DNA of 49,091 nt, from assembly GCA_963968645.1 (NCBI GenBank), contig CAXAHI010000003.1:1-49091 (forward strand), read 5' to 3'. A model generated the notes under the pieces. That model did no database searches. It saw only the letters and a list, made by a program, of their open reading frames with translations, and was not told where the DNA came from. Position numbers and translations under genes: made by a program. Position 1 is the stretch's first letter. Each line of letters begins with the position of its first letter. Positions 8,348 to 18,057 of the stretch are shown here, one piece after another. The DNA is from an uncultured Gammaproteobacteria bacterium. GTDB lineage: Bacteria > Pseudomonadota > Gammaproteobacteria > Pseudomonadales > UBA7434.

Positions 8348-9940
8348 TTAGTTTAACGCTAAATAGGCTGTCGCTGAAAGTAGAGATAATAGCGCGATTA
8401 CAGTGACAACGGTAAGGAAAGTGTGCTGTCGATCTAAAGTGCGCTCTAGGCGATCAATCCGGCTTTGCAGCTGTGATGAAGCGCCATTAGAGGCTGCTGA
8501 ACCAGAGGTGGCTGTGCCATTAAATTGATGAAGCTGCCTCAGTAAAAGGTCAGGCAGCGCTGGCAATGCTTCTAGCAAGGCCGGCGATTGATTTTTCAGC
8601 TCACTCAATAGTCGTTTGGGTGAGTAACGCTCGGCCATCCAGTTTTCAAGAAACGGGTGAGCGGTTTGCCATAAGTCTAAATCGGGATAGAGTTGTCTGC
8701 CTAGCCCTTCAATATTCAGCAAAGTTTTTTGTAATAACACTAATGAGGGCTGAACTTCCATGCCGAATCGACGAGCTACTTGGAAGAGATAAATCAGTAA
8801 AGTGCCAAATGAAATTTCTGACAACGGCTTTTCAAAAATAGGTTCGCAAGCACTTCGAATCATACCTTCAAAAGATTGCACGTTAGTACCGGGTGGAACC
8901 CAACCCGATTCAATATGCAGCCTTGCTACTTGGCTATAGTCTCTATTAAACACGGCAAGTAAATTGCGAGCTAGATAATAGCGATCAAAATCAGACAGCG
9001 AGCCCATAATGGCGCAATCGATTCCAATATAGCGTGGCGTTGCTGGCGTTGTTGCGTCGACAAAAATATTGCCAGGATGCATATCGGCATGAAAGAAGTT
9101 GTGTTCAAATACTTGCGTAAAAAATATTTCCACACCGCTTTCGGCTAATGATTTTAAGTTTGTATTTTTCTTATTGAGTGTTTCAATATCCGAAACAGGC
9201 ACGCCATAAATGCGCTCCATTACCATAATATTGGGGCCGCTTAATTTCCAGATAACGGCAGGAATAAAAAGTAGGCTGCGTAATTTATCGCTTTGCTCAA
9301 AGTTACGTTTTAATTGCGAGCAGTTGGCAGCTTCACGCTTTAAATCCAGCTCATCAAAAATCGTATGCTCATAATCACTCACGACTTCAGTTAGACGCAT
9401 ACGTCGACCATCTAATGAGAATCGTTCAACCATGCGCGCTATTAAAAAGAGTAATTGAATATCTTTGTGGATGATTTTTTCAATACCGGGTCGTATTACT
9501 TTTACGACAACATCAAGCCCGTCATGCATTTTAGCTGCGTGCACTTGTGCTACCGAGGCTGAGGCAAGAGGCACTTCGCTAAATTCAGCAAAGGCTTGAG
9601 TAACTGGCTGTCCTAAAGCGGCTTCAATAATGGCGACTGATTTTGAGCTATCAAAAGGAGGCACTTGATCTTGCAGTAAGGCAAGTTCGTCGGCAATATC
9701 AGGCGGCAGTAAATCCCGTCGTGTTGATAGCAATTGACCGAATTTAACAAAGACGGGGCCGAGCTCTTGAAGCGCTGTACGTAAACGTACGCCGCGATCA
9801 TCATCGGCGCTATAAAAAGGCGCAATCACTTTCATCAGTAATTTGGTTAGTAGCTGTTGTCGAGATTGAGGGATAAAAGTATCGAGACGATATTTCATCG
9901 AAACACGTAAAATAGTGAATAAGCGCATCAATTGCTTCAT
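8348..9940 (-). CDS. ubiB: Ubiquinone biosynthesis kinase-like protein UbiB
   Basis: [37 protein letters not shown]; ubiE-ubiJ-ubiB order. Confidence 0.97.
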   Translation of the reverse strand: MKQLMRLFTILRVSMKYRLDTFIPQSRQQLLTKLLMKVIAPFYSADDDRGVRLRTALQELGPVFVKFGQLLSTRRDLLPPDIADELALLQDQVPPFDSSKSVAIIEAALGQPVTQAFAEFSEVPLASASVAQVHAAKMHDGLDVVVKVIRPGIEKIIHKDIQLLFLIARMVERFSLDGRRMRLTEVVSDYEHTIFDELDLKREAANCSQLKRNFEQSDKLRSLLFIPAVIWKLSGPNIMVMERIYGVPVSDIETLNKKNTNLKSLAESGVEIFFTQVFEHNFFHADMHPGNIFVDATTPATPRYIGIDCAIMGSLSDFDRYYLARNLLAVFNRDYSQVARLHIESGWVPPGTNVQSFEGMIRSACEPIFEKPLSEISFGTLLIYLFQVARRFGMEVQPSLVLLQKTLLNIEGLGRQLYPDLDLWQTAHPFLENWMAERYSPKRLLSELKNQSPALLEALPALPDLLLRQLHQFNGTATSGSAASNGASSQLQSRIDRLERTLDRQHTFLTVVTVIALLSLLSATAYLALN

Positions 9941-10569
9941 GTTGCGTTGGTATCCGTAAATTGTTTTTTATAACGTTTGGTTTTAGCTTCAATACGATCT
10001 ATGTGCATTTCTAAGTCACGCAGTTGTGCATAAAAGTTTTCGCATTCTATACGTGTAGGCATGAGCCGAGCTTCTTCATGTAGAAAATCATCGACGGTAC
10101 GAAGTAAAGTCTGTCGGGCTTGCTTGCCAAAATTAACTAAGCTGCCAGCGGCTTTTCCTGCGAAGTGAGCAGGGACATCGCCAATGAACCTTGCAATATA
10201 GCCTTCCCAGTCTAGGTCGATTTGTTCGGCTATATCTTTTAATTCTAAAAATAAACGGCTGTCACCTTGTATCTTTAATCGACCGTTAATAAGCGCTGAT
10301 GCTGCATCATCGGAAGTCAGTAAGGCTAGCCATTCTTGAGAGGGGCCTTCAATACCCGCATCAATTTTTTCTTCACAATATTGCAGAATACGAATATTTG
10401 AATCGATACGGATATAAAAAATAATTTCTGGTTTAGTGCAGGCAATACGAATTATCTTGCCCGCATATGCGGCCAGCTTAGACTGTGTTGTAGGGTCTAA
10501 TGAAAGGCTACTGTTAATAGCTTTTTCGAGTGCCGCACAACTGGCGGAGGTGAGCATAGGATCTATCAT
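9937..10569 (-). CDS. ubiJ: Ubiquinone biosynthesis accessory factor UbiJ (SCP2 domain)
   Basis: LE.AIN..L.LDP, I.GD, DWE..IA..IGDVPAH, C-terminal coiled coil; located between ubiE and ubiB. Confidence 0.9.
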   Translation of the reverse strand: MIDPMLTSASCAALEKAINSSLSLDPTTQSKLAAYAGKIIRIACTKPEIIFYIRIDSNIRILQYCEEKIDAGIEGPSQEWLALLTSDDAASALINGRLKIQGDSRLFLELKDIAEQIDLDWEGYIARFIGDVPAHFAGKAAGSLVNFGKQARQTLLRTVDDFLHEEARLMPTRIECENFYAQLRDLEMHIDRIEAKTKRYKKQFTDTNAT

Positions 10570-10588
10570 ATTCGTTTAGCTTTTAAAT

Positions 10589-11386
10589 TTAGAGTTTAAG
10601 ACCTTTATGAACGGCAACGATACCACCCGTCATGTTGTGGTATTCGCAATCGGCAAAGCCTGCATCTTCTAACATGCCTTTTAATGTTTCTTGATCGGGA
10701 TGCATGCGAATAGATTCGGCAAGGTAACGATAGCTGTCTTCATCTTGCGCAATCAGCTTGCCAATTTTTGGAAGTATCTTGAACGAGTAAGTGTCGTAAA
10801 TTTTTGAGAGCAGAGGATTACTAGGTTTTGAAAATTCCAATACCAATAGTCGGCCACCGGGTTTAAGTACTCTAAACATTGAGCGTAGGGCACGATCTTT
10901 ATCGGTGACATTGCGCAGGCCAAAGCCAATAGTGATGCAGTCAAAGTAATTATCATCAAAGGGCAGGTATTGAGCATCGCCCTGTACATATTGGATGTTG
11001 CCGCAGTTGCCATTATCGGTCTGTTTGTCGCGACCGGTACTAAGCATAGAGGCATTGATGTCAGATAAAATCACTTCGCCTTCTGGACCGACAAGACGAC
11101 TAAACTTGGAGGCTAAATCACCCGTGCCACCAGCGAGATCTAATACGCGATGACCTGGGCGAACAGCGGAGAGTTCGATTGTGAAGCGCTTCCATAGACG
11201 GTGAACGCCAGCAGACATTAAATCATTCATGATGTCATAGCGGCTGGCGACCGAGGTGAAGACCTCGCCAACTAAGCTGGCCTTCTCTTCGGTAGCAACC
11301 TGCCGGTAGCCAAAGTGAGTCGTATCTTGGGGGTCAGTAGATGACACCTTAGATGCTGCACCACTGTCTGTCGTATTCACTGTCAT
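10589..11386 (-). CDS. ubiE: Ubiquinone/menaquinone C-methyltransferase
   Basis: [49 protein letters not shown] 11386 with GAGG SD preferred over GTG 11401. Confidence 0.97.
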   Translation of the reverse strand: MTVNTTDSGAASKVSSTDPQDTTHFGYRQVATEEKASLVGEVFTSVASRYDIMNDLMSAGVHRLWKRFTIELSAVRPGHRVLDLAGGTGDLASKFSRLVGPEGEVILSDINASMLSTGRDKQTDNGNCGNIQYVQGDAQYLPFDDNYFDCITIGFGLRNVTDKDRALRSMFRVLKPGGRLLVLEFSKPSNPLLSKIYDTYSFKILPKIGKLIAQDEDSYRYLAESIRMHPDQETLKGMLEDAGFADCEYHNMTGGIVAVHKGLKL

Positions 11387-11472
11387 TTTCGGCCTCGTCA
11401 CGCGGCGGGTTTACACTGCGATATTTAATAAGGGCACTATTGTACCTGTGCAAGGCGCAGCACAAAAGTGTG

Positions 11473-11865
11473 TTATGCCACACCATTTAAACGGAAAAGT
11501 GAAATACAAGCGGCTAGTCCGATGATCCAGACAATAGATCGTAGCGTAGCCCAATTCGCTAGGTAACAAGCGATATAAGCTATGCGTGCGGCGAAGAAAA
11601 TCTGTACGGGTAGCAGCATTTGTTCGGCGCTGGCGCCCATTAGATATGCGCAAAGCACAGCCGCTGAAATTAATGCCAATGCTTCCCATGAATTTTGTTG
11701 GGCTGAATAACAGCGAGTGCCTATGCCTGTGAGCTTCAGTGCTTGTTGACGCGGGTTTCTATTGTCGATGTAGCCAAGTTGTTTATTGCGAAAGTAAGCA
11801 GCAATAACATTAATCAATAATGGTAGCATCGCTGTTGCAAATATGATTTTAACAATTGTATCCAT
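11473..11865 (-). CDS. MAPEG family membrane protein
   Basis: DNRNPRQQ...G.G.R..SAQQNSWE, ARIAYIACYLAN...RS.VW; four hydrophobic segments. Confidence 0.85.
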   Translation of the reverse strand: MDTIVKIIFATAMLPLLINVIAAYFRNKQLGYIDNRNPRQQALKLTGIGTRCYSAQQNSWEALALISAAVLCAYLMGASAEQMLLPVQIFFAARIAYIACYLANWATLRSIVWIIGLAACISLFRLNGVA

Positions 11866-11946
11866 GGGGTGGTTCCTTATTATAATTGGTTTATTATTAT
11901 TGAAACTGTTATTGATATTGTTTTTTGTTGTTGTTGAGAATTCGTT

Positions 11947-12330
11947 TTAGTGTGGATTAAATAATTTTATGACTGTAACGTCAGGGTCGCGACTTTCACT
12001 GCTTGCAGCAAGCTGGTCTAAATAATTTCCCCAGTAAATTGCTTTTTTATCACAGAGCTCACGCAGATACTCCCATGAGTAAATGCCGCTATTGTGCTGA
12101 TCATCAAAGTTAATTTGTAACGCATAGTTGCCAACAGCGGTAATAGATAGAATGCCTACATTTTTTTTACCCACTTGCAAAGTGGCTTGGCCAGAATGAT
12201 GGCCGCGTACTTCGGCTGAAGGCGAATGTACTCTCAGGTATTCTGCATCTAAGTGAAAGCGCTGATTGTGGGTGTAAACCAGTTCGAGTTGTTTTGATGC
12301 TTTATGTAACTCAATGGTTTCTGGTATCAA
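11947..12330 (-). CDS. DUF971 / GBBH-like N-terminal domain protein
   Basis: EYLRVHSPSAEVRGH, VGNYA..I.FDD.H.SGIYSWEYL. Confidence 0.9.
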   Translation of the reverse strand: MIPETIELHKASKQLELVYTHNQRFHLDAEYLRVHSPSAEVRGHHSGQATLQVGKKNVGILSITAVGNYALQINFDDQHNSGIYSWEYLRELCDKKAIYWGNYLDQLAASSESRDPDVTVIKLFNPH

Positions 12331-12397
12331 TGAAGGCTGCCTGTTAATTTTTTAGAAGGTGTTCAGTAGGTTTTCGAAAATACTTAGCCGCGATAAA

Positions 12398-12997
12398 TTA
12401 TATTTTACGCTTCATAACCATGGCTTCTATATTATTTGAAATAATAGTTGATCTTGCAGCTGTCATGCCGCCACGTGTAGTAAATGGCCCAAGCCGAACG
12501 CGATACCATAAATTGCCAGAGGTATTTTTTTCGCTATTAATCTTGGGCTCAAGACCTAGCAAGGTTAATTCCACAAGTAGTTTTTCAGCTTGTGCTTTAG
12601 TCTTAAATGACCCTGCCTGAATTAAGTAAATATAATTGTCATCGGTGCTGCGACTGCTACTATAAGCGGATTCTTTGTTAACGACGACTTCGAAATCTTT
12701 TAAGCGACTATAAAAAGTATAATCATCCTCTTTGCTAGGCAGTGACTTTTCTTCTGTAATAGTAGTGCTTATCGCTGATTTACTGGCGCGAGTGACTTTA
12801 GCTGACTCAAGCTGATTAAGCGCATATAGTCCTAAGCTAAATAAGATAACAATAACGACGGTAGCGATTAGGCGCAGTGTCGACACGGAGGCTTTTGATT
12901 TTTTGCGCGCCTTCTTATTGCGTAAGCTAGAAGCACGCTTAGATTTTGCGCTAACGCCTCGCTTATTAGCAATAATCGGTTTTAAGAAATGCATCAT
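12398..12997 (-). CDS. SPOR domain cell-division protein (FtsN-like)
   Basis: Basic N-terminus, one TM, YTFY..L, C-terminal SPOR (YLIQAGSF...A..L...L.LLG...WYRVRLGPF); directly downstream of argS. Confidence 0.85.
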   Translation of the reverse strand: MMHFLKPIIANKRGVSAKSKRASSLRNKKARKKSKASVSTLRLIATVVIVILFSLGLYALNQLESAKVTRASKSAISTTITEEKSLPSKEDDYTFYSRLKDFEVVVNKESAYSSSRSTDDNYIYLIQAGSFKTKAQAEKLLVELTLLGLEPKINSEKNTSGNLWYRVRLGPFTTRGGMTAARSTIISNNIEAMVMKRKI

Positions 12998-13080
12998 CTT
13001 TTTTATTAATAACCTGTTTATGAATAATCTATTTATTGATAGCCGACTATTGACGCCCGACTATTAATAGATGTTTTATA

Positions 13081-14787
13081 TTACATTTTTTCAGGCGCGC
13101 TAACGCCTAATAGCGATAAACCGTTGGCAATAACTTGGCGTGCGGCTTCGGCTAATGCAAGTCGGGCATTTCGTATGTCTGCATCGGCTACTAACAATTG
13201 ACTACTTTTATCTTGGTTGCCGCTTGCGTACCAACTATGCAAAGCTGCTGATAAATCGCGTAAATAAGCGGCAATATTATGCGGCGCAAATTCACGTGCA
13301 CTTAATGCAACACATTCTGGATACGCAGCAATACTTTTCAATAGGGCAACTTCAGTATCTGTCGTTAGTTTATCTAGGTGGGTTAGGCCAGCGTCTTTAT
13401 CCCAAGTTATATTTTTTTCTATGGCTTGACGCATAACACTGCACACGCGTGCATGCGCATACTGAATATAAAACACAGGATTATCATTGCTTTTTTGAAG
13501 CGCTAAATCAATATCAAAAGTGAGTTGCGAATCGGCTCTACGGGCTACTAAAAAGTAGCGTGTGGCATCGCGTCCTACTTGTTCAATTAAATCACTTAGC
13601 GTGACATAACTGCCCGCGCGTTTTGATATTTTAACTTCTTGCCCGTCACGCATAACGGTGACCATTTGATGCAAGACGTAATCGGGCCAGCCTTGAGGGA
13701 TGCCTGCATTCAGTGCTTGTAAGCCTGCGCGTACGCGAGTAATAGTGCTGTGATGATCGGCACCTTGTTCGTTAACAACCGTGTTAAAGCCTCGTTTCCA
13801 TTTTTCATGGTGGTAGGCAACATCGGGTACAAAATAGGTATAGCCGCCATCGGACTTGCGCATAACACGGTCTTTATCATCACCAAATTCGGTGGTCTTT
13901 AACCATAGAGCATCATCTTTTTCATAAGTGAAGCCGTTTTTAATAAGAGTGTTCACCGTGCTTTCGACTTTGCCTTCGGTATATAAAGAAGACTCTAGTG
14001 AGAAAACATCGAATTCAACACCAAAGGCTTTGAGATCAATATCTTGTTCGCGACGTAAATAAGCGACGGCATAGTTGCGAATCGCTTCGTCATTGTCGGC
14101 ATCGGCGGGTGCTGCGGCATCTTCAAGCGCTTTACCGGCCATATAGTCTGCTGCGAGTTCGCTAATATATTCACCGCGATAACCGTTTTCTGGCCAGTCG
14201 GCATGGTCTGGGCCAATGCCTTTACAGCGCATTTGTACGGAGCGAGTAAGGTTGTTAATTTGTTGGCCGGCATCGTTATAGTAGAACTCACGCGTCACTT
14301 GCCAGCCACTAGCATCGAGTAAGCGGCAAATGCTGTCACCAACGGCTGCCCCTCGACCATGACCAACATGCAGTGGGCCGGTTGGGTTGGCTGATACAAA
14401 TTCAACTTGAACGGTTTTAGCTTTACCGTTGTCATCAAGCCCTTTTTTGTTACGACCAAACAGCTCGGCTTCACTAAGAACTTGGCCCACAACATCGGTT
14501 TGTGCCGATTTAGCTAAAAAGAAATTGATAAAACCGGGGCCGGCAATATCCGTGCTGGCAATAACGCTATTAGCCGGTAATGTCTCGCAAATTAACTCGG
14601 CAATATCACGCGGCTTCATAGCGGCGGGTTTAGCTAACACTAAAGCGATGTTACAGGCGAGGTCACCATGGCTGGCATCTCGGGTGCGCTCAACCTTGAT
14701 AAAAGGTAAGGGGATAGCCGGAATTTTGTCTGCTTCAATCAGCGAGGTGATTGTTTGGCTAATCAATTGCTGTAAGGCTTCTTTCAT
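13081..14787 (-). CDS. argS: Arginine--tRNA ligase
   Basis: HIGH-type EFVSANPTGPLHVGH, KISKR, NPVFYIQYAHAR, C-terminal LGVSAPEKM. Confidence 0.98.
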   Translation of the reverse strand: MKEALQQLISQTITSLIEADKIPAIPLPFIKVERTRDASHGDLACNIALVLAKPAAMKPRDIAELICETLPANSVIASTDIAGPGFINFFLAKSAQTDVVGQVLSEAELFGRNKKGLDDNGKAKTVQVEFVSANPTGPLHVGHGRGAAVGDSICRLLDASGWQVTREFYYNDAGQQINNLTRSVQMRCKGIGPDHADWPENGYRGEYISELAADYMAGKALEDAAAPADADNDEAIRNYAVAYLRREQDIDLKAFGVEFDVFSLESSLYTEGKVESTVNTLIKNGFTYEKDDALWLKTTEFGDDKDRVMRKSDGGYTYFVPDVAYHHEKWKRGFNTVVNEQGADHHSTITRVRAGLQALNAGIPQGWPDYVLHQMVTVMRDGQEVKISKRAGSYVTLSDLIEQVGRDATRYFLVARRADSQLTFDIDLALQKSNDNPVFYIQYAHARVCSVMRQAIEKNITWDKDAGLTHLDKLTTDTEVALLKSIAAYPECVALSAREFAPHNIAAYLRDLSAALHSWYASGNQDKSSQLLVADADIRNARLALAEAARQVIANGLSLLGVSAPEKM

Positions 14788-14867
14788 TTAACTGTCTATC
14801 TCGCTTGCTGATGCTTGTCGGTTGGCTGAGTGGTGTTTGTTCGTTATCTTATACAAAACGTTCGGCT

Positions 14868-14896
14868 ATTATCGCTAGTCGACTATCTATAGACAA
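14868..14896 (-). promoter_or_regulatory. Putative sigma70 promoter of argS
   Basis: Minus strand TTGTCT-17 bp-GATAAT about 80 bp upstream of the argS ATG. Confidence 0.5.
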
Positions 14897-14909
14897 GCGA
14901 ACGATGCGT

Positions 14910-17156
14910 TTAGATGACATCTTGCGGGTCGATATCAATACTCCAGCGCAAGCCCGTTGGCTTTTTGCTTTGATCCAACCATTGAATAAGCTGTTTTACT
15001 GCCCCATGCAGCGATTTACGTTGTTCGGATTTAATCATTAACTGAGCGCGATGGCGGCCCGCACGTTTTTCCATAACAGCCGCTAGAGGGCCAATAAGCT
15101 GACAGCCGCTCTGATTCACCATGTTGGTTTGTTGCATAGCGAGTGAGTTCAAAAATTGCATGGCGTGTTCGGGCTTGTGGCTATCGGCGCGTATTAATGC
15201 AATGTGCGCATAGGGCGGTAACGAGCGTAGTGAGCGCTCATTTAGCATGGTTTCGACAATGCCTTGATAGCTTTCAGTTTGCCATATTTGTAGTAATGGA
15301 TGCTCAGGCAGGTGAGTTTGAATGAGCACTTTACCGGCATGTCCTGTTCGGCCTGCGCGGCCAGCCACTTGCGTGAGCAGTTGTACGGTTTTTTCTGGCC
15401 CGCGAAAATCGGGATTATAGAGGCCTTGGTCGATATCAAGCACGATCACTAAGTTGAGCGCAGGAAAGTGATGGCCTTTAGCCAGCATTTGCGTACCCAC
15501 TAAGATGGCCGGTTCGCCGCGGTTGATAATATCAACTTGCTCACCCATGGCCTGCTTGCCCTGCGTGGTATCTCTATCAATTCGAATAACGGGAAAGCGC
15601 GGGAACAAAGCGCTTAAAGCATCGGCACTTCGCTGCGTGCCTTGGCCAACATTCAGTAAGCGAGATGATTGGCAGCGCGCACAGGCCGATGGCACTTGAG
15701 CACGATAGTCACAGTGATGGCAGCGGAGTTCACGCGGACGACTGTGCAGCGTTAATCGCGCATCGCAGTTATCACATTGAGCATGCCAGCCACAGTCATG
15801 ACACATTAATAGTGGCGCAAACCCACGACGGTTAACGAAAACCATCGCTTGCTGCCCGCTAGAGAGCGTTTCGCCAATAGCGGCAATGGCGTTATCGCTC
15901 AGCCCCTCATGCAATTCTTTACAGCGTATATCTAATATTTCGATACTGGGTGGGCTGGCGCTGCCGGCGCGCTCTTTAAGAGTCGCATGCAGATATTTTT
16001 TTGTATGTACGTTAAACAGCGTCTCTAGAGAAGGAGTGGCAGAGCCGAGAACCACAGGAATGCTTTTAGTGCGCGCTCGAATAATGGCGATATCACGCGC
16101 CGAGTAACGAAGGCTATCTTGCTGTTTATAGGAGCCATCATGTTCTTCATCAATAATAATGAGGCCGGCATTGGCCATGGGCGTAAACACAGCCGAGCGT
16201 GTGCCGATAATAATGCGAGCCACGCCATCTTTGGCTGCCGTCCATGCCGCTAGGCGCTCTCGGTCGGTGAGGCCTGAGTGAAAAATAGCGATAGGGACAT
16301 TAAAGCGATTAACGAAGCGGTTAATGGTTTGCGGGGTAAGGCCAATTTCTGGCACTAACACCAACACTTGTTGGTCATTCGCTAAGACTTTTTCGATGGC
16401 GCGCAAATAGACTTCGGTTTTACCGCTGCCGGTAATACCTTCAAGTAATACAGTGTCAAAGCTGCCGAGTCGATCGGCTATTAAAGCGCCAGCAGACACT
16501 TGTTCATCATTAAGCGTTGGTGGTTGGTCTTTGGCTTGGCCGAGCAATAGACTCTGGCAGTCGGCAGGGTAGTAGGCTTGCTCTGACGGGGTTACTAGGT
16601 CTTTCTTTGCAAGCTCTAAGGCTGACGCGCGGCTATGTCCTAGCTCTTTGAGTGAGCTTTCAGTCGTCAGCGTATCGGCGGTGGCTAGCTCTGCAGCACG
16701 AAGAAAGTCTAGCAGCGCGGCTTGTTTGGGGGCTCGCGATAAAGCGTTATCGGGTAAGCCGAGGCCGTGATGGCTGATTTTCCAACAACATTGCTTGTAG
16801 GCATCGATGCTGCCGCCTTTGCGCAGCTGATTAGGCAGTAAGCTTAATAAGGTGTCACCAAATGGGTGGTGGTAATAACTGCTCATCCATTCTGCTAATG
16901 AGAGTAAATCCTCGTTGACTACGGCTACAGTATCGAGCTGTTGGCGAATTGCCTTCAGTTTATTAATCGGAATCGATGAATCTTGGCAGTGCCCTATCAC
17001 GATGCCCGTCATATTACGGCGACCAAAAGGGACTTCTACGCGGGTGCCCACCCTATAATCGGTCGCATTTTGGCCTTCGGCGGGTAAATAGTCGAAATGG
17101 TGCCTTACGGGCGAGGCAATAACCACTTGGACAAGTTTTGACGGGCCGGCACTCAT
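14910..17156 (-). CDS. priA: Primosomal protein N' (replication restart helicase)
   Basis: GITGSGKTEVY, DEEHD, SATPS, two Cys-pair zinc clusters, GTQMLAKGHHF, W.IDIDP. Confidence 0.98.
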   Translation of the reverse strand: MSAGPSKLVQVVIASPVRHHFDYLPAEGQNATDYRVGTRVEVPFGRRNMTGIVIGHCQDSSIPINKLKAIRQQLDTVAVVNEDLLSLAEWMSSYYHHPFGDTLLSLLPNQLRKGGSIDAYKQCCWKISHHGLGLPDNALSRAPKQAALLDFLRAAELATADTLTTESSLKELGHSRASALELAKKDLVTPSEQAYYPADCQSLLLGQAKDQPPTLNDEQVSAGALIADRLGSFDTVLLEGITGSGKTEVYLRAIEKVLANDQQVLVLVPEIGLTPQTINRFVNRFNVPIAIFHSGLTDRERLAAWTAAKDGVARIIIGTRSAVFTPMANAGLIIIDEEHDGSYKQQDSLRYSARDIAIIRARTKSIPVVLGSATPSLETLFNVHTKKYLHATLKERAGSASPPSIEILDIRCKELHEGLSDNAIAAIGETLSSGQQAMVFVNRRGFAPLLMCHDCGWHAQCDNCDARLTLHSRPRELRCHHCDYRAQVPSACARCQSSRLLNVGQGTQRSADALSALFPRFPVIRIDRDTTQGKQAMGEQVDIINRGEPAILVGTQMLAKGHHFPALNLVIVLDIDQGLYNPDFRGPEKTVQLLTQVAGRAGRTGHAGKVLIQTHLPEHPLLQIWQTESYQGIVETMLNERSLRSLPPYAHIALIRADSHKPEHAMQFLNSLAMQQTNMVNQSGCQLIGPLAAVMEKRAGRHRAQLMIKSEQRKSLHGAVKQLIQWLDQSKKPTGLRWSIDIDPQDVI

Positions 17157-17289
17157 TACAGCGTGTGAATCCTTAATAGCTAGCGATTTTGGGCCGACAG
17201 TTTACCTTGTTGGCTCGTCCAGATCTCATCTAACTGACTGTTGAGGGGGCTAATTGGGCTAGATCAATAAAAAAGGTAAAAGGTCTCTT

Positions 17290-17313
17290 ACAGTTAAATC
17301 GACAGTTAAATCG
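17290..17313. repeat. Perfect 12-bp tandem duplication
   Basis: ACAGTTAAATCG x2 (17290-17301, 17302-17313). Confidence 0.8.
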
Positions 17314-17324
17314 CCATAGATCGC

Positions 17325-17352
17325 TTGATTGCGGCTACTTTTCTGTTAGAAT
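17325..17352 (+). promoter_or_regulatory. Putative sigma70 promoter of rpmE
   Basis: TTGATT-16 bp-TAGAAT with extended TG and GC-rich discriminator CGCCGGCCC, typical of ribosomal-protein promoters. Confidence 0.55.
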
Positions 17353-17455
17353 CGCCGGCCCTTGAGAGGATACCGTACTGGTTGCCCTCCGGAGATTGGC
17401 TCTGGATGATGGTGAATGAGATGGCGGCGTCCCGCGTTTGGAGTAAGAAGAAGAC

Positions 17456-17671
17456 ATGAAAGCTAATATCCATCCAAATTACGATACTGTTACAGCCACT
17501 TGCAGCTGCGGCGCAAAAGTAGAAACACGTTCAACACTTTGCAAAGATTTTCTTATTGATGTTTGCTCACAGTGTCACCCTTTTTATACCGGTAAGCAGA
17601 AAACACTTGATACTGGCGGCCGTGTAGATCGCTTTAACAAGCGTTTTGGCAATCGCGGAACTAAAAAGTAG
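17456..17671 (+). CDS. rpmE: 50S ribosomal protein L31 (zinc-binding type)
   Basis: [36 protein letters not shown]; divergent from priA. Confidence 0.98.
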   Translation: MKANIHPNYDTVTATCSCGAKVETRSTLCKDFLIDVCSQCHPFYTGKQKTLDTGGRVDRFNKRFGNRGTKK

Positions 17672-17731
17672 CTTTTTAGTTCTGGCTTCTTAATTGTTGT
17701 TTATCAGTTAAAGCCTCTAAGATGTATCACT

Positions 17732-17768
17732 AAATCCAATCGAATATTAATATTTGATTGGATTTTTT
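17732..17768 (+). terminator. Putative intrinsic terminator after rpmE
   Basis: AAATCCAATCGAATA / TATTTGATTGGATTT stem followed by T-run. Confidence 0.6.
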
Positions 17769-18057
17769 GTGTCTGCCCACTTTGTTCAATCGCTGGTTAC
17801 GTAGATGCTAAGTAGGTGTTAAGCAGCCATTACCTGCGAATATTGAGTCACGCGCACGAGTAAATGTAGGCGTTATAGCTGTTAGCTTTTTTTGAGCATT
17901 TCATAGTTCACTTTCCTTAAGTAAAAAAATTGCCACTCTCTTTGCTTTCCTTGTTCCACTCATATCACTAATCTGTGTCGATACTAATGTTAGTAGTCAT
18001 GTTAATGCTCGCATTAAATATCCGCGTTATCTTTTAATAATTGATTCTGGTTAATGT

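Noticed and set aside
11411-11689. 92-aa alternative-frame ORF overlapping the MAPEG gene
   Set aside because: Shadow ORF; the MAPEG frame has family motifs and an SD.
13041-13070. CCGACTATT x2 between argS and the SPOR gene
   Set aside because: Two 9-bp copies only; not CRISPR-like and no further support.
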